A stretch of DNA of 64,000 nucleotides. It comes from Terriglobia bacterium. Lineage in GTDB: Bacteria > Acidobacteriota > Terriglobia > Terriglobales > Acidobacteriaceae. Below the pieces are notes generated by a model that was not told where the DNA came from, did no database searches, and worked only from the letters and a program-made list of their open reading frames with translations. The stretch spans positions 993,012 to 1,057,011 of the forward strand of contig CAWBJB010000005.1 in assembly GCA_963788945.1 (NCBI GenBank). The letters are read 5' to 3'. Each line of letters begins with the position of its first letter. Within the stretch, counting starts at the first letter, position 1. Both the position numbers and the translations under genes were made by a program. Shown one piece after another: positions 60,864 through 64,000 of this stretch.

Positions 60864-61660
60864 ATGAAGCCGCGTGACATTGCGCTGTTGCAGACAACTC
60901 TGGGCTACCGCTTCCAGCGGATAGAGCTGCTGGAACAGGCCTTGACCCACAGTTCCCAGGCGCGCGAGCTGGAGGCGCTGCAGGCGGCGGGCGGTCCCCG
61001 GGTGGGCGACAACGAGCAGATGGAATTTTTGGGCGACGCCGTCCTGGGATTTGTCACCACGGAGGAACTCTGTCAACCGGTTTCCCAGCTTTCGTGAGGG
61101 AGAACTCTCTAAACTCCGGGCCCACCTGGTCAGCGAAAAGCATCTGATTCGTGTGGCCCAGGAGCTGGAGTTAGGGCATTACTTGAACCTGGGACGGGGG
61201 GAGGAGAAGAGCGGCGGCCGCAACAAGACTGCTCTGCTGGTGGATGCTCTCGAGGCCGTACTGGCAGCCATTTACCTGGATGGCGGGCTGGATGCTGCAC
61301 GCGAGCTAATATTGCGGACCATCGTTGTCCCCGAGCTGGAGCGGATTGCCTCTCAGGGCAGCAGTCTGCCGGTGACCGACTACAAGTCGGCGCTGCAGGA
61401 AAAGTTGCAGGCCAGCGGAAGACCGCAACCCACGTACACGCTGGTGAAAGAGCGCGGCCCGGAGCATAGCAAGACTTTTACCGTAGAGGCACGCCTGCAA
61501 CCGCTGGACAATGGCGGCAAAGCGGAATTTGTCGGCCGGGCAGACGGTTCCACCAAGAAGAATGCCGAGCAGGATGCCGCTCGGCAGGTGCTGGAATATC
61601 TCGGCACAGTATCCGTCGAAGCCAACGGCGCGAAAAAGCGCAGCGAGCACGCCTCAGTGA
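60864..61660 (+). CDS. rnc: ribonuclease III (2 frameshifts)
   Basis: Contains ALTHSS, NEQMEFLGDAVLG and KTALLVDALEAVLAAIYLDGG, plus a dsRBD (DYKSALQEKLQ...PEHSKTFTVEA...GSTKKNAEQDAA). Confidence 0.9.
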
Positions 61661-61665
61661 CTGTC

Positions 61666-62424
61666 ATGGAAGAAGTAGAAGTAAAGGAAAAACGCCAGCA
61701 GGCGGACACGCTCAGTTCGCTGCAGTCCTTGCTGGCGACCGTGGTCATCGCCGTTTTTGTCATCACCTTCGTCGTGCAGGCGTTCCAGATTCCCTCCGAA
61801 TCCATGGAGAACACTCTGCTGATCGGGGACTACCTCCTGGTCGACAAACTGCGCTACGGCGGAGGCGGCTTCTGGGACGTCTTCATGCCGTACAAACAAG
61901 TGCGACGGGGAGACGTGATTGTCTTTCGCTATCCCATCCATCCCACCCAGCATTTTGTGAAGCGGGTGGTCGGCGTGCCCGGAGACCGGGTCCGCCTGAT
62001 TAACCGGCAGGTGTATGTCAACGGCCATCCTTTGCAGGAACCTTACGTCCGCTACAGCGCCGGTATGCACGACACCTTTCGCGACGAGTTCCCGCGCCTG
62101 GACCTTCCCGTTCCCGGCCTCGAAGGAGGCTGGTGGCTGGAGATGAAGAAACTGGTCGAGGACGGCGAACTGATCATTCCGCAGGGAAATTATTTTGTGC
62201 TGGGCGATAACCGGGATGAGAGTCTGGACAGCCGCTATTGGGGATTTGTGCCGCAGGAGAACGTCATCGGACGTCCTTTGCTGATCTACTGGTCGGTTCG
62301 AAACGCGGACCAGGACATGCCGACTTCGCCCAGTCCCGGTGATAAACTCGTTCACTTCGCTTACGCGGCGACCCATTTGTTCCAAATGACCCGGTGGGAC
62401 CGCACGTTTCGAGTGGTTCGATAG
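61666..62424 (+). CDS. lepB: signal peptidase I
   Basis: Contains IPSESMENTLLIGD, VKRVVGVPGD and GDNRDESLDSRYWGFV. Confidence 0.9.
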   Translation: MEEVEVKEKRQQADTLSSLQSLLATVVIAVFVITFVVQAFQIPSESMENTLLIGDYLLVDKLRYGGGGFWDVFMPYKQVRRGDVIVFRYPIHPTQHFVKRVVGVPGDRVRLINRQVYVNGHPLQEPYVRYSAGMHDTFRDEFPRLDLPVPGLEGGWWLEMKKLVEDGELIIPQGNYFVLGDNRDESLDSRYWGFVPQENVIGRPLLIYWSVRNADQDMPTSPSPGDKLVHFAYAATHLFQMTRWDRTFRVVR

Positions 62425-62456
62425 GCCGGGAATAGCGCCACGGCAAGAGAGGTCGA

Positions 62457-63236
62457 GTGCCCAAGCAAGTGTCTAAAAAAGAAAACAAGCCGGAAGAAAA
62501 ACCGCGCGAGACTACCGTCGAGTTTCTGGCCTCGCTGGCGGCGGTGCTGGTGACTGGACTGTTCATCATCACGTTTGTCCTGCAGGCCTTTGAAATTCCC
62601 TCCAGTTCCATGGAGAACACGCTGCTGATCGGCGACCATGTCTTCGTGAACCGGGTCCAGTTCGCCCCGCCCACGCGCTGGATGGGCCCGCTGCTGCCTT
62701 ATCGGGAGATACAGCGCCAGGATATCGTGGTCTTTCTTTCGCCTGCGGAGCCGGGCCTTTACGTGGTCAAGCGGGTCATCGGAGTTCCCGGAGACCGCAT
62801 CCATTTGCGCAATGGCGTGGTGTTTCGCAACGGGGAAAAACTGGACGAGCCTTACGTCATCCACAACAGCGATGAAGGTCCGAACGAGTATCGCGACAAT
62901 TTCCCCGCCGTGCCCCCATCCGATTACAACCGCCTGTTTCCGGACTGGCAGCAGAATTTGCCGCAATACATCCAGGGCGACGACATCGTCGTGCCTCCCG
63001 ACAGCTATTTCGCAATGGGAGACAATCGCGACGTAAGCTATGACAGCCGCTACTGGGGATTTATCCCGAAGGAAAATGTGATCGGGAGACCCATGTTCAT
63101 CTACTGGTCGTTCGAGACACCGCCGAACCAGTATCTGCATACCGGGATTAGCGAGCGGGTGGGATTTCTGGCGCACGTGGTCATTCATTTCTTCGATCTG
63201 ACCCGTTGGCGGCGGACGTTGAAGGTGGTTCGTTGA
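62457..63236 (+). CDS. lepB: signal peptidase I (second tandem copy)
   Basis: Contains IPSSSMENTLLIGD, VKRVIGVPGD and GDNRDVSYDSRYWGFI. Confidence 0.9.
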   Translation: MPKQVSKKENKPEEKPRETTVEFLASLAAVLVTGLFIITFVLQAFEIPSSSMENTLLIGDHVFVNRVQFAPPTRWMGPLLPYREIQRQDIVVFLSPAEPGLYVVKRVIGVPGDRIHLRNGVVFRNGEKLDEPYVIHNSDEGPNEYRDNFPAVPPSDYNRLFPDWQQNLPQYIQGDDIVVPPDSYFAMGDNRDVSYDSRYWGFIPKENVIGRPMFIYWSFETPPNQYLHTGISERVGFLAHVVIHFFDLTRWRRTLKVVR

Positions 63237-64000
63237 AATTTTTTCGTTCCAGTCGCGGCAGGGTGTTCGCGGGCATCGTTCTGGTGCTGGCGCTGTTTCT
63301 GGTGCGCCCCGGGGCGCAACGGCTGCGCACGCGGATTGTGCGGTCGATCAGCCTGGCGCTGGGACGCCCGGTGGATGTGGGGTCAGTCACTCTGCGCCTG
63401 CTGCCCCAGCCCGGCTTCGATCTGGAAAATTTTGTGGTTCACGAAGACCCGGAGTTCGGCGCCGAGCCGGTTTTGCAGTCCTCCGATGTTGTGGCCACCG
63501 TGCGCGTGAGTTCCCTGTTGCGAGGACGGCTGGAGATCGCCCGCCTCAGCCTTACCGAGCCCAGCATCAACCTGGTGCGCAACAGCGAAGGCCGGTGGAA
63601 TCTGGAAAAACTGGTCGAGCGCGCCGCCAGCACTCCGGTTGCGCCTACGTCGAAGACGCGCAGCGAAGCACGCCCGGGTTTCCCCTACATTGAGGCCGAC
63701 CACGGCCGCATCAACTTCAAGTTCGGACAGGAGAAGAAACCTTACGCCCTGACCGAAGCCAATTTCGCTTTGTGGCAGGATTCCGAAAACACCTGGGGCA
63801 TGCGGTTAAAGGCCCAACCGATGCGGACCGATTTCAACCTCAGCGACACTGGGGTTCTCGCAATGGACGGGTCGTGGCAACGCTCGGCAAATCTGCACGA
63901 GACGCCCGTGCAATTTACCCTGCAATGGGAAGGCGCCCAACTGGGCCAGGTGACAAAGCTGACCCTGGGACAGGACAAGGGATGGAGAGGCGGTGTCCGG
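63233..64000 (+). CDS. AsmA-family/TamB-like protein, N-terminal part; 3' end outside window
   Basis: The TTG at 63233 overlaps the lepB stop and the frame stays open to the window end. TM anchor, then VTLRLLPQPGFDLENFVVHEDPEFG...LEIARLSLTEPSINLVRNSEGRWNL. Confidence 0.6.
   Translation, partial: MKFFRSSRGRVFAGIVLVLALFLVRPGAQRLRTRIVRSISLALGRPVDVGSVTLRLLPQPGFDLENFVVHEDPEFGAEPVLQSSDVVATVRVSSLLRGRLEIARLSLTEPSINLVRNSEGRWNLEKLVERAASTPVAPTSKTRSEARPGFPYIEADHGRINFKFGQEKKPYALTEANFALWQDSENTWGMRLKAQPMRTDFNLSDTGVLAMDGSWQRSANLHETPVQFTLQWEGAQLGQVTKLTLGQDKGWRGGVR

Noticed and set aside
61051-62424. Natural RNase III-signal peptidase I fusion protein
   Set aside because: A one-base change in the A5 run at 61633-61637 gives rnc a stop 5 nt before the lepB ATG. 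Given the many homopolymer slips in this window, the fusion is most simply an artefact.

Overview
This is a 64-kb, high-GC bacterial chromosomal window. The gene content (CRTAC1/ASPIC-FG-GAP lipoproteins, lactonase-type beta-propeller lipoproteins, an FHA-GAF-sigma54 activator, many TPR proteins) and the short GC-rich palindromic repeat families suggest Acidobacteriota; that is an inference I could not verify. Layout: 1-26.2 kb is housekeeping (PLP decarboxylase fragment, pyrG, kdsA, Gfo/Idh/MocA oxidoreductase, K+ channel-like gene, kdsD, proS, beta-propeller lipoprotein, mrcA, TPR gene, vapBC-like pair, a 4.7-kb lhr, sigma54 activator, M23 peptidase, TonB-like gene). 26.2-30 kb is a visibly lower-GC accessory patch with small hypothetical genes, an orphan receiver and an IS21 fragment. 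30-40.7 kb is one co-directional cluster: FixH-like, FixG/CcoG-like ferredoxin, an exported protein with a predicted N-terminal His, a giant TPR/FG-GAP/ASPIC lipoprotein, CRTAC1, an UnbU-like membrane protein, and a second CRTAC1. 40.8-43 kb holds an AmgK-like kinase fused to a RapZ C-terminal domain, plus a MurU-like transferase. 43-44.7 kb holds a decayed cytochrome c and a DipZ-like thioredoxin protein. 44.65-55.64 kb looks like stacked integrative elements at tRNA-Ala(GGC); the youngest is bounded by 49-bp direct repeats and carries an intact tyrosine integrase and three copies of a conserved non-coding module. 55.8-64 kb holds ECF sigma/anti-sigma, TPR proteins, rnc, two lepB genes and the start of an AsmA-like gene. 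Two things affect the whole window. (i) Roughly 50-60 single-nucleotide frameshifts (manual, approximate count) split otherwise well-conserved genes. Several map exactly to homopolymer runs, so most look like assembly or basecalling errors, and many CDS spans below are reconstructed across them. (ii) GC-rich palindromic REP/MITE elements occur between genes and also inside lhr (three sites) and kdsD, in a way compatible with read-through translation. I saw no rRNA, CRISPR array or complete IS.
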